Assembly (NCBI GenBank): GCA_905331295.1
Contig: CAJNYD010000584.1
Span: 1 to 64,000 of the forward strand
Reading direction: 5' to 3'
Source: Rotaria socialis
Taxonomy: Eukaryota
DNA: 64,000 nt
Positions 49,916-62,400 of this stretch are shown here, one piece after another. A model generated the notes under the pieces. That model was not told where the DNA came from and made no database searches. It worked only from the letters and a program-made list of their open reading frames with translations. How positions within the stretch are numbered: position 1 is the stretch's first letter; each line of letters begins with the position of its first letter. The translations under genes were made by a program, and so were the position numbers.

Positions 49916-50711
49916 ATGTCTGACAAAAAAGCGTCAGCTCAAACATCGGCTACGAAAAAAGCCTCCGCAGCTAAAACAAAGACAGCTGCAGCAACACCTG
50001 TTGCACCAAAAGTAGAGGTAAATTTTCAATTATTTACTATTTTTTGATTTTATTCGATTTAAAAAAAATATAAATAGAAGGCTGAACCCGCCAAGAAAGC
50101 AGCTCCAGCTAGTGCTCCACCACCAGCAGTAACAACACCGGCACCAGCTAAACAGAAAGCACCAACATCAAGTGCTAAATCTACTTTAGCTAAAACATCA
50201 ACAAAAGTTGCAAAAAAACCAACAACAACATCAAAAGGTGGAAAATCTGGTTCTAAAAAGAAATCGAAATCAATTAAATACTATATCGATTGTACACATC
50301 CAGTTGAAGATGGTATTTTCGATCTTAATGCATTCGTATGTATTTTCTCATTTTTCAAAATTCATCTAACAATGATATTCTTTCGTTTAGGAACGATTTT
50401 TAGCTGAAAAAATGAAAATCAATGGTAAAACATCAAATTTAAGTAATGTTAATATTGAAAAATCGAAATCTAAAGTTTCAATTGCATCTGAAGTACCACT
50501 CTCAAAACGGTAAACTGCTTGATTTTTATATTATACATGTTTGACATATTCTTCATTTTGTTTTAGATATATGAAATATTTAACAAAGAAATTTTTGAAG
50601 AAACATGAACTTCGAGATTGGTTACGTGTTATCGCCAATGCCAAAGACTCCTACGAATTACGATACTTCAATATCAATCAAGAGGAAGCTGAAGGCGAAG
50701 CTGATGCTTAA
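49916..50711 (+). CDS. RPL22: 60S ribosomal protein L22 (eL22) with Lys/Ala/Pro-rich N-terminal extension, ~207 aa, 4 coding exons
   Basis: Exons 49916-50017, 50078-50335, 50391-50509, 50567-50711. Hallmarks [48 protein letters not shown] and YELRYFNI. A likely 5'UTR intron ends at 49881 and a pyrimidine (TOP-like) run lies at ~49781. Missed by the ORF track. Confidence 0.97.
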
Positions 50712-50833
50712 ACTTATCAAATCGTTTTCTTTTTGCTTTTTTTGTTTATTTGAGCGCGTTCTTATTGTACTCGATTGAAACATGAGCAGCAAGAAAAACG
50801 AAAAAGAAAATAATAAGAAGAACTATATCGTAT

Positions 50834-51952
50834 TTAAAATATATTTGTTAAAAATATAATGAACAAAACAGAATGTTCAATTTCAAAACGGTGAAATGAC
50901 GAAGATATTTTGTTTTGAATGCAACCAATGGGCAAAGCTACGGGTCCTAATGGAGTAGTTCTATTTTTCGATACAAACTGACATACAGGTGGTTGCAGAC
51001 CGCCACATGAATTCGGAGAATTTTGCGAACATTTACAACCCATAGCCATTGCTGAATAAGGAATACGATTAGCAAGAGACGCACGCGACTGTTCCACATT
51101 TGAATAATTACGGAAACCGTCTTCTAAAAGCCGCATAACATACGTTGTATTACAAGAATTAAAAACGAGTGATCTCATATAGGATAACCAACGAATATTG
51201 GTTTCGACGATATCAGTAAATGACATTATTGATGGGCCATCTCCATGTCCTGGATAAATACGTGTAGCAGCCGGAAAATTACAACTAAGACTTTGCAATA
51301 TACCTATCCAGTTACATGCATGATTATCAGAATCTGGATAAGTATCCGATGGTGATAGAAATAGATGACTACGTATAACAACAAGATCACCAGTAAATAA
51401 AGCTCGAGCTGAAGGAAGATAGAGCATGGATGCATGAATCGATTCAGCAATAGGAAAATTTGAAATGATATGTAACGGTTGACCATTAAATATCGTTAAG
51501 GGACGATCAAGCACTTTGATATGATCATTATAGGAAAATTGATCGGGCGATTGACGCTTATCAAGTAGCATTGATGTTTCAAATGGATTTACTCGACGCC
51601 AAACTTCTAGCCAATAGTTAATTTCAGTTAACGCACTAGAATCACTAACATAAACTGGTAATTGAGTAGTATTTAACTCATTCAATAGACTAACATAACC
51701 AAGAATATTATCTGGATGTGTATGTGTAAGAAAAATAAATGATGGTAGCACGCCATTGGGAAAGCTTTGGTTCCATTTTTGAGCAAGTAGTATGCCATGT
51801 TCCCAGTAACAACCGCAATCAATAATGAAACCTTCATTTCCATTATGAACAATCCAACTATTTGATGAATCAGTGGACACACGTACTTGTACGATGTCAA
51901 CCATGTGTACACATGGAATTAAAAGAATGAAACAAAAATGACCTATCATCAT
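50834..51952 (-). CDS. Secreted (possibly GPI-anchored) metallo-beta-lactamase-fold protein, intronless, 372 aa
   Basis: Signal peptide; IIDCG; FLTHTHPDNILG (HxHxD motif); ALFTGDLV; IYPGHG; Cys-rich tail and hydrophobic C-terminus (VLFIIFLTNIF). Confidence 0.88.
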   Translation of the reverse strand: MMIGHFCFILLIPCVHMVDIVQVRVSTDSSNSWIVHNGNEGFIIDCGCYWEHGILLAQKWNQSFPNGVLPSFIFLTHTHPDNILGYVSLLNELNTTQLPVYVSDSSALTEINYWLEVWRRVNPFETSMLLDKRQSPDQFSYNDHIKVLDRPLTIFNGQPLHIISNFPIAESIHASMLYLPSARALFTGDLVVIRSHLFLSPSDTYPDSDNHACNWIGILQSLSCNFPAATRIYPGHGDGPSIMSFTDIVETNIRWLSYMRSLVFNSCNTTYVMRLLEDGFRNYSNVEQSRASLANRIPYSAMAMGCKCSQNSPNSCGGLQPPVCQFVSKNRTTPLGPVALPIGCIQNKISSSFHRFEIEHSVLFIIFLTNIF

Positions 51953-53369
51953 TTAATAGATACGAAATGATGATGACAAAACGAAAATCTAATGATTATC
52001 GAAATCGATTTTATTTATTTGCTATGAAAACATGTGTAGGTCGATATTTTATCTCAATATGTACCAACGCTGGTAATTTATTGTCTTTTAAGAAGAACAG
52101 AAGAAACAAGTAGTAACAAAAAGAAGAACAGGATTTATGAGTAGATTTTTGTTCAAATAAAAGTCATTCGACACACTCATTTTGTTATATCTGCTTTTTT
52201 TGCAGGGTGTTTATATGCCTACGATGAAGTGAATCATATACAACTCACTTAATGCCTTGACTAAAAATTGGGGCAGTACTTTCTCTGAGATTGAAAGTGG
52301 TTAATTGAATAGTTAGCTTGTTGTAGAAGATAATTGCTATCATGCATTTATGAATCAAATGAAATTTCAGACAAAATATCTATTAATAATTGTCAGTATC
52401 TATTTCGTCGAGAGGTTGTTGTCTTGAACATTTTTTCTTTCGTCGAACTCTGAAATTTTATAGTCTCGAATGATAATTTATGTATTCTCATCTGTCATAT
52501 AAATAATATTTCTATACTGTATAACTTCGTATTAAATTAGAAAGATTTGTCTTTTTCGATTAGTACAAAACTGTCTCATTTAGTCCTATTTCGTTGGTTA
52601 GCATGTGTGCTGTTACTAATCGCAAAATCAAATATATTCACTATTACCAATTTTCTCTTAAATACAATAGGAAAACAAAAATATGCGCATATATATATGT
52701 ATTTACATATATTCGATTGGTTTTCTGTCACACTAATAAGTGATGATTTTAGAGCCTATAGTCGTTAGCTTATGTAAGATAAGACTGCAAAAATCACAAG
52801 CTTCTATTTATTTACTGACAGAAAAAGTTTTCTTCCCCTCTATTTGCTTGATGTTATTCAACAAACTTCATCGTTCAAGAGAAAATAATTCAATATTAAC
52901 AGACAAAGACGATAGATAATAATCAAATCATACGGTTTTATTTTGTTCTTATTTATCAAAAATCTCACATATATAAATAAAATGTTCATTATTAAAATGT
53001 ATTAACGATTTGATCGATTATTAGTTAATACGATTAATCTCTAAAATAGTCTTTATGATAATAAATACGATTTTTGTTATGTATTACATCCGCTTAGCCT
53101 ATTACAGTTCACATGAAATCATTCAAATGAATAGATAACTTCAGAAAAAAATCTATCGTCACAAAATATTTTTGATTATACTGTTTCTTGTCTTGATTTA
53201 TTATTGTTGGATAACTCAAAAACTAAAACCATTGAAATAATACGCACGCACATATATCTTGATCAATTAACATAACAAGTATAGTTACAAATTCACAAAC
53301 GGATGTAGATAGGTCTAGATGACTAGATAAAAAATAAATTTCTTGTTTTGTTTTCATTCAAAAATAAAA

Positions 53370-55841
53370 CTAAACATTAACATGATGGGTTCTATTGATG
53401 GCTAATACTTCTGAATGTTGTTCAATGGATTTTTTTTTCTCTTCAACATCTGGCTTTTTAATATATGCATACCACGATATGGCACAAAATAGAGCCGATA
53501 AACTTCGAAATCCACAGCCAAGTAGCGCTAATGATATTGCCATACGTTTGTTATTATAATGTTTACATTGATCTTTAAGTCCACAGGTTTCGCGTATCCA
53601 TGTTTTACATGTTCGATCAATAATTATGCCAAATAGAAGTGTTCCTGGTAAATAGCCAAATGTTTTTGTCATTGTAGATTTAAAGCCAAGTGAAAACGCT
53701 CGATGTGTTAATTCAACACTATGTAATACACATTTTAATGCCGGTACGATAACACAACAAGACATGAATACAACAATAAACGCGCCACATAATGTAATTC
53801 GAAAATTCATTGCACATTTACGTTCTGTACATCGACCTGAAAGTTCGTTTTTTTTTGTTAATGTTAATTTTAAGGTAGATTTCAACTCAAAACTTACCAA
53901 CATTTACCGTACTATTGTTTGGTAAACATAAACAATCCGCATATATTCCTTTTCGAATTGTTTTGCATCCTAATAAACATGGATTTTGATAAGTCTCTCT
54001 ATTTGCCACATCGCATACTGGTTGATATATATTCATATCGCATTCTTGAAAAGAAAATTAAAGACAATTATGTTTTCTAAACGCTTATTCTTACTGCAAT
54101 CCCTTTTGCATGGACTTTCTACGCGGTCGGATTCTGCTGTAAGTTCATCAAATGAATCATCATCAAATGCAGTTGAAATGACAGGCATGGAATGGGACGT
54201 ACCTTAATTAAGAAGCAATTATTTCCTTATTGTAATCAATGGAAGATGAAATAAATAATTGTTTTTTTTACCAATTGTCGGTTCTCGACAATGAAGTAAT
54301 AATCCAAGAAAGATCACAGATGACATAGCGAGAATAATACAACAAAATTTTGCACATTGGCGTCCATTCATATCATACCTTTTGACACAATAAGCTCCTA
54401 ATGGGGTACCAAAAATAACCTAGAATAAAGGACAGCAGTATTGAGAGCTATATTGATGTATATATATGCATATATATACGTACAGAAAATAATGAAATAA
54501 CTCCAATATAAACACTGGAATGTGATGATGTTGTTCGAAATTGATATTCAATATGTTTACTTAAGAAGGCAAGATATCCTTTGATTAATAATGCTTCAAC
54601 AATGGCGCAACAAGTAATACCCATGTAACGTAAATTAAGAAGTAAATGTTTCATTAATGAATAAATATCAGAGAGAAAATCTTTACAATCATTTAATGTT
54701 GTAGTTGTTGTTGCTGTTGCTGTTAGACATTTCTCTTCGACTATATCTAGAGATGTTGTTTGTTGTTTACCATTTAATTCGTTGGACATAACATTAAGAC
54801 TTGAACTTAAATTTGTTTCTGATGAACTTGTACGTGACGATATCCGATGGTTATTTTCAGTGGGACCATTTCGATTCATTGGCGATGCTGATAATAATAG
54901 ATAGGTTTGATTTAATGTTGATTGTATTTCTTTTTGTGCTGATGATGATACATATTTGCGACGGCGACCAATATCGAATAGGCAAAGAGTAACACACAAT
55001 ATAAGGCTTATACAAGTACCCAATGCATAAACTAACCACCAGGCTCCAACCCATTCAGAATAGACCGGTGTTAACCAAAGCGGTTTTTTAATATAAGTAT
55101 AGACTTTCAAAAATTGTGATGTAGCAAGAAATCCAAGCCCAATACCAATTCCACCAACTGCATAATATATACCTAAAAACAATTTGCATACTCGTTACTT
55201 TCAAATGTGTTATTCTAATTTTGTTTTTGGGAAACTAACGAACCTTGAGCAATAGGCGCTTTTTCTTCTGGAAACAAATCTTCAATAAATGTAACAGCTA
55301 ATGTTGGTAAAGCAGCCGATCCGCATGCATTAATTATATTGGATAAATAGAAGACATATTTTAAATGACTTAAAAATCTCAAATTACTCGATATTGAACA
55401 AACATTTATTTTCCGTTCTGGATTACATAGCGTTAGATGATCGGCAACATGTGGTTCTAACGGAGGCTTGCCACGTTTCGATTCAAGTAGATGTGGAAAG
55501 GACATAACAAGAAATCCACAAGACAATATACCCATTGATATAGCTATCCATCGTGTTTTTCTTCTACTTCGATCGCCAAAATAGCCGACAAGTGGATAAG
55601 TAAATATTGCCACAAGTTCATAGACAGATTGAAATAGACCTGTTTCTGTCGATGTCATATAAAAGCCTGATTCAAGTGTTGTCATTATGGCATTATTAGA
55701 ACCGCCAACAATTGCATTTTGAATCATATTACATGCACAAATAACAATAAAAATAATTTTATTTGATAATGAAACTTCATCGGGTTTTTTCGTTGATGAA
55801 TCGACAATGACCCCATCGTCATCGTCGTCGTTTGGATTCAT
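53370..55841 (-). CDS. Organic anion transporting polypeptide (OATP/SLCO family), 6 coding exons
   Basis: Exons ~55841-55244, 55172-54484, 54419-54272, 54202-~54094, ~54044-53898, ~53837-53370. Motifs TTLESGF, YFGD..R..RWI, WVGAWWL, Kazal-like CDMNIYQPVC..YQNPCLLGC, RAFSLG and GTLLFGIIIDRTCKTW..CG. Confidence 0.92.
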
Positions 55842-56689
55842 TTTCGTAAATAAATCTTCAAATGCCAATCATATCTAGACGTCTGAGAGAGGAAAACGAA
55901 GAAGAGAAAGAAAATTATGTCTATAAATATATCATTTATAATAAGTCATCTTTTTTGTGTCTACATTATGAGAACAAATAGAAGTATATGTGAAAGTAAA
56001 TTGAACGATTGATAACATTATCGAATGTAGAGAAAGGCTGTTGTTTTCATATGCGATCTTTTCTATACTCGCCCGTGAGAATATGAACCTGAAAGAAAAG
56101 GTTGCGATGACCATCTACTTATGAATGAGGATGAAAAATAAAATTCTAATACGATTCTAGTTTTGCTTGCTTTCGATATGACGAATATATTATGACTCAC
56201 GCGATCGAATGGAGTTGAAGCCGTATTGTCAGCTGCTTAGTTTTCTCGCATATGTTATGGTAGATGTTTTTGATGTGTATGAATGGCGTGATTCTATTCT
56301 TTACTAATTTGTGTGAGTTTCACCAGTGTGTAATCGAACAATTGATGATGGCGATGGAAGGTCTTCATTGTATATCGTTGTAAATGTCAAAAATGTTTGT
56401 GCTATCGTTCCTAGATGGTTCGTTTTTTTCTTTCTATTTTCTAGATTTTTTTTTGCTGGTTGTTCACATGCCAAAAGTGTCACCACATCGTCGTTTGTAG
56501 AACTCTCTAACTCATAGAAAGAGAGAAAGATTTTTAAAGATGCAAGCATTGCCACAATCAACCATTTTCCTTGCCATTCTTTATTACTCATTTCTCTTCC
56601 TTTTTTTCCTGCTACGCGTTCGTCCTTTCCTATTTTTCTTTTTCTTCTTCTCGTTGATGAATCCACACGAGACAAATAATAGTCGAGCT

Positions 56690-56699
56690 ACCACCACCG

Positions 56700-56731
<32 letters not shown>

Positions 56732-56740
56732 GCTACTACT
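56690..56740. repeat. (TAC)n microsatellite
   Basis: About 13 TAC/TGC triplets preceded by (CAC)n, upstream of the OATP gene. Confidence 0.8.
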
Positions 56741-57860
56741 AACACTCAACGATGATGCTTGCATCTTGTCCTCTCGTTATTTCGTCGTTAGAGGCCAATG
56801 TAAATCTTTTTTTCCTATCGAGACACCATCGAACGTTTTCTACGAGAGTAGAAATATAAAAAACGTTGAAAAGAATAGTCGGGAAAACTTGTTAAGACGG
56901 CAAATATCTATAAATAGATACTTAGATAGATAGACTTCCCTTTTGTAAAAATTTTAATAGAAAAAAAAACCTTGAATAAGTTTTTCTATCTCTGATTAAA
57001 ATAAATGAGTGATTGCTTTTTTTTCCATTCATCGTTCACACAAGGGAAGTTTACTTCTCGTATATGAATGATGAATATGAAGAAAAGGTATTCCGTTTAT
57101 TTTGATCAGGATCATGCGTGCATACACACACACATATATATATATATACTTTTCATCATTCTTTACTCTAGAGAAAAGGGGGAAATTATTGATTACGAGC
57201 CATTTAAATACATTTTTTTTTCTATCGAGATACCGATCAAAATAAAGAATGAAAAGAAGAAGAAGAAGAAAAAAACTAAATGAAAAAAATTCCCATACGA
57301 AAAAATAAAAAATGTTAATAACCAAATAATTCTTCGCATTGTGTTGGTTTTCTGTTCGTTACTTCTTTACTTAGTGAAGTCAATAGAAAAAAAATACATT
57401 GTCTAGCCATAATACATTATTCCTACCTTTTTTTTATCCGACAAGAAAAAATAATGACATCTACACCTGTATATCTCTTTGGGAATGTCAATAGCTGCAA
57501 GGGAATCGAACCAGAAAAGCTAATCTTTTTTTCTTTTCTCTTTCTTCTTCTTCTTCTGTTTTCCTACTCTCATATCTTTATATGCACTCTCATCGTCATG
57601 TCCATTTAAATATGATATGAAGCTCGTCTTGCTAGAAAATAGCATTGCATGCAAAACGAAGCAAGTAGCTCACATTCTTCATCATAAAAATCCAAGATGG
57701 CAAGAACATATACAATTGTGCACGCACGCAAAGATGGATTAGTGATAGTGCTCCATATTTTATTTTATTTTCTACTCTCCCTCTGCCCTTGCCTCTATCA
57801 TCGATCACAAACACATAAGAGATCAATGTGTTACTATCCAATAGATTAGACCATTTTTTA

Positions 57861-59417
57861 TTATAATATGTAAGCAAAAAACAAAACAAAAAAAAAGTAA
57901 TTTGTTAGACTCTTAACAAGAAAAAAGAAATAGTCATGAATATAGTCGAATAATGATGATGATGACCTTCAAAACAAACAAACAAACAAAAATTTTCTTC
58001 TTTTACAAATACAATTATTAATATTTACCTAATAAAGAGGCATCATTATTATTACTCCGGTATCCACCTAGAAAAAAAGCAAAATCTTCAGAGAAAAAGA
58101 AAATAAATTTATATTTTTACAAGGCGTAGCAATATATCTTGGGTCATCGCATCGAAGTCCATGCGGATTCCATCTTGATCCAATAGGACATTCATCCATT
58201 TTAGCTTTACGTTGTTCTGTACATAAATAATATGAACGACATTGATTTCCATAATCAGCATACCAACCATTCGGTTGACCCGAACCTTAATCAATCGATT
58301 TGATTAAACGTTAATAATATTTAAAAAAAACGGAAATCTTACATGGATCATTGCTGCCTATATCTATCGGTCGATTTCCACAGAAGACCTTTCTATAATC
58401 ATTACACGAATTAAGATATTCATCAAATAAATGTTTATCAGGGCATTGTACACGTGTTACAACTTCATCTTTACATATAAAATAAGCTAAACAAAAGAAA
58501 AATATACTAGTCTCTATTTTGTTAATGTAACTTTCGTTTACATTGACAATTATATTGATCGGGTTTATTTCCTTGAAACAGGCATGGGCTATGTTCAATC
58601 AAACCATAGATTGGTGATAACATTCTACTATAAACTAATTTATTTGATAGAAGAGTTGTTAATCCAATTGTTGCCTTATCGTTTTTGTTTGGTTCTATGC
58701 CATTTTGAGATAAGCTAGGTGTAGTTGATATAACAATAGGTTCTGTTACAATTTCAGTTTGTACTATTTAATTGATAAATTATTCAATATGACTAATAAA
58801 TGTATAGAAATGGTTACATACATTCTGAATATAGTATACGTTTAGGTCTTTCACCATTATTACAATCGATATTTCTTGATAAATCACAACGCTGATGTTG
58901 ACTATCGTATGTCATACCATTGCCACACCTAGAATGTTTGGTTTTTTTGAAGATTAAATAAGAAATGAAAAAAATGAATGGTTTCATATTATTTCCGTTT
59001 TCATTTCCGTCAATACTCGAATTAGATTTGTATTTAGACTTTTTAACAGCTATGATTATTTTCTCCAGCTGTTTTCTTCTTCTTCTTCTTCTTCCTTGTA
59101 TGACGAAAGGAAGTGAAAACAGTTCGGTATATAGTTACCAAGCCTCGACACCCATTCCTGCATTACAAGTATAAAATCTATTAACCAAAAAACAAACAAG
59201 ATAGTAAATAAATTATTGTTGACATCGTTATCGGTTACTTTTCACAATCAGCTGGATGCGGCCAACGACCATCTTTAGGACAAATAAATCCATTTGTATC
59301 TGTAATAATCTCTAAAAATAAATATCTCTATTGATTAAATTTTTCATTGTAAAACATACTTTGAATATTTAAGAAAAAATACATAATATGACCAACTGAT
59401 AAATATCTATAAAACAT
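57861..59417 (-). CDS. Secreted protein with three peritrophin-A (chitin-binding type 2) domains
   Basis: About 9 short exons splice to CPKDGRWPHPADCEKFYTCNAG...CGNGMTYD...RCD....DC; CLFQGNKPDQYNCQSYFIC...CPDKHLFD...C.....FC; CSGQPNGWYADYGNQCRSYYLC...CPIGSRWN...RCDD....PC. The last hydrophobic exon (57966-57861) is tentative; the alternative stop is at ~58018. Confidence 0.85.
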
Positions 59418-62400
59418 TTGTTAGTTTTGCTTGCAAATAAAAATATCACTTTTCTATTATTTTGTTCAATTGTGATATAAACTCAAATCAAGTAAATCTA
59501 TATTGACTCGTTGTTGATGATCAGAACAACAGCGATGAACAACGAGTGAACGAAAATAAAATATGCGGCTAAGAACAACCGACATTTATCGGCTTTAGTC
59601 ATTTTACAATCCAACTCGCCTACAAAAACTCTATAATATGAGATAATCTGTGTATGTATGTTCTATTGACAAAAGCACGTCCGATTGCGTGTTGTTCACT
59701 TGTGCACATAAACTATGTATGTGTTAGTGCGTTGAGATACAGTTTAAATTAACGTTCATTTGATCTCATGTTTAGTGATTGTCAGCAAAAGTACTTCAAT
59801 TCAACGAAAGAAAAGAAAACAAAACCATTAACATATGTTCAAGTCTATAATGATAAAACTAGACAGTCGTTCTTCTGTAGTCAGAATAGATAATTTCATC
59901 TATCATATTCTTTCCTTCGTTGGATTTTGACATAGTACAATTAATATCAAATTCACAAACATCGATATAGGGCAAGTTTTTACCAAAAAACCAAATTCAT
60001 CTGTTTCAAATAATTGAAGGATAGCGTTCGATAAAAGTATCGAGAGGATTGAAGAGCCATGTTTTTTGTTGTTGTTGTTGTTGTTTCTCAATCAGAAGCA
60101 ATGACGAGATGTTGTCTAATGAGAAAATTTAGCACGCAAGTTAAAGGCACTCCTTTTTATTTCATTGATTTCATTTACAAAAAAAATCGATACGCCATCA
60201 ATTGATATTACTCGATGTTTAGTAAACGATTAGATAAAGCAAAAGGAATCTTTTGTTTATTGTATGGGAGACTATTAATACCGCTTGTGCTATATTGGGT
60301 CTTGGAATAGATATACTTGTATCTTATCTCTTTTTGAAGCATTTTAATTTCCCAGTAAAACAAAAAACAAAGCCGAGAATAGAACGACCAGAATCAGATT
60401 TCTCTACGTATGTTGATCGGGATCCAAATTATTATCCTGTACAAAATTCACATCGTACATCATATGCTTAGCAAGACTAATCAACCGATCAAACAAGAAT
60501 ATTGACTATTTACTTTCTTCTCTTATCGGACGTTGTACTGTATCTTACTCTGTGACGCGAATCAATTACAAAACAAAACTATATAATACTCATATTTTCT
60601 GTATCGTATAAAAATATGTGATAGAAATATATTTAGACGTCATTTTATCACTCTTACTCTATGCTGAATATTATCTCGTAAGAAAGCATACGTCATCATT
60701 TGGATATTCGAATAAACAGGCTGTCAAGTGATGGCAACTTTTTATAGCGATAATAGCGATAAATCAATTATACGAATGTAAACTGAATAACCTACTGAGA
60801 GATAAAAGTAAAATATATTAGATATTTTTCATGGATGCAACGATGCCAGTAACTACCTGTTTTAGTTAAAGAAGTAAAGTAGCGAAGATATATATGTATA
60901 GAATCAAGGCATCGATTGTGTAGATACATACATAGGCCGTGTTCCTCTTAGCTTTGTTGTACGTTGAAATCTACCGTTTTTAAAATATGATTAAACTGAA
61001 TCTATTTTGAATGAAAAATTTTCTATAGATTTAGGTGATGCAGCTATTTTCTTGACGTAGCCTTTCTGGCTGAAATAAACTCAGAATGTATTTTTTTAGA
61101 CTTTGCAAGATTAGTATTAATAGTATTTCCGATGAAAATTAATGCAACCATAAACTTTCGACCGCTTCCTGTATCACGAGCAGGAGGTATGAAATGCCAT
61201 TTCCGCCGAGTTTCCTTGTGCATGTTAAGACAACAAAACAATTTATCGAAAGATAATAGATTTTCTTGGCGATAGAAAAATATCATCAAGCAATCTTGCT
61301 AAATAAACGATAAACTATGTCACTCCACTACATCTTATCCTAATATTTCTTACGAATTTGTATTGATCTGTTTTTTGTCATTCATCCTTATGAATTTCAT
61401 CTCTAAATCTGCATACTATGGTTTTCTTGTCATATTCAAAATATTTATCATTTAACCTAATCATTCATTGATTAAATCATCTCTCGAAATATATTTTCAT
61501 TGTTACAGTTGTATCTGCCATACGTAGATGTGTGTTAAATGTATCACTACGCACTTTATGGAATACTGATTGTATTTGGCAGAATGGTATTTTTGAATGT
61601 CAGACAAGGCCTACAGCAACGAGCAAAACAAACGCAAGAACTAATAGATTTGATCAGCGAGTCTTAATTAGGTATATTGTTAGCAGACTAATTGAATATT
61701 AGAAATGGAATTATTATAACTAAAAATATTATTCTAATATATGAAGAAAACCATAAATACAAATTGAATACAACAAAAAACAGAAGATACTTAAATTTAT
61801 TCATGAGTATAAAAACGAATAAGATAATAGCAAACTGAGCTTCAGCTTTTCATTCATACTGAAACAATGAATGTGTCAATAATAGCAGCAAGACAAGAAC
61901 AATATTTATTCGACAATTTATTAGATTGTTCGTTCGCACAGAATAGAACACTTAGCTGAATTTTCTATTTTCCAGCCAGTTAATAATACTTAGATAGAGT
62001 AATATATGAAGATGTTTTACTTTAAGTTTAACGTTTAAAAACTCGGAAATGATGAACATGTACTTTCCGTATAACAAACTCAATCTCCGGTGGAACATCG
62101 CCTTCTGAGCTCTGCATGGAAAGATGCAAAGCGAGAAATAACATTTTCCCTTTAATACTTTGTTTTATGAATCTATTCAGAAGATTACATCTGACAGTTG
62201 CTCTTTCATTATTATAAAGCACAATTGCAAAATATAGGTCAATGTTTCGGATGACAATGGCATATTGTCTAATGTCAAAATTAGTTCTTTTGATATTTTG
62301 TTCGCTAAAACAAGAGTCATCCCCATAACGATTGGTTTCTTATTATAACTAATGATAGAAAAAGTGTTTAAATAGCAATCAGCTATGATAAACTTGGAAT

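Noticed and set aside
60253..60471. 72-aa ORF with a TM-like segment
   Set aside because: Starts at TTG with an in-frame stop just upstream, and no convincing upstream exon was found.
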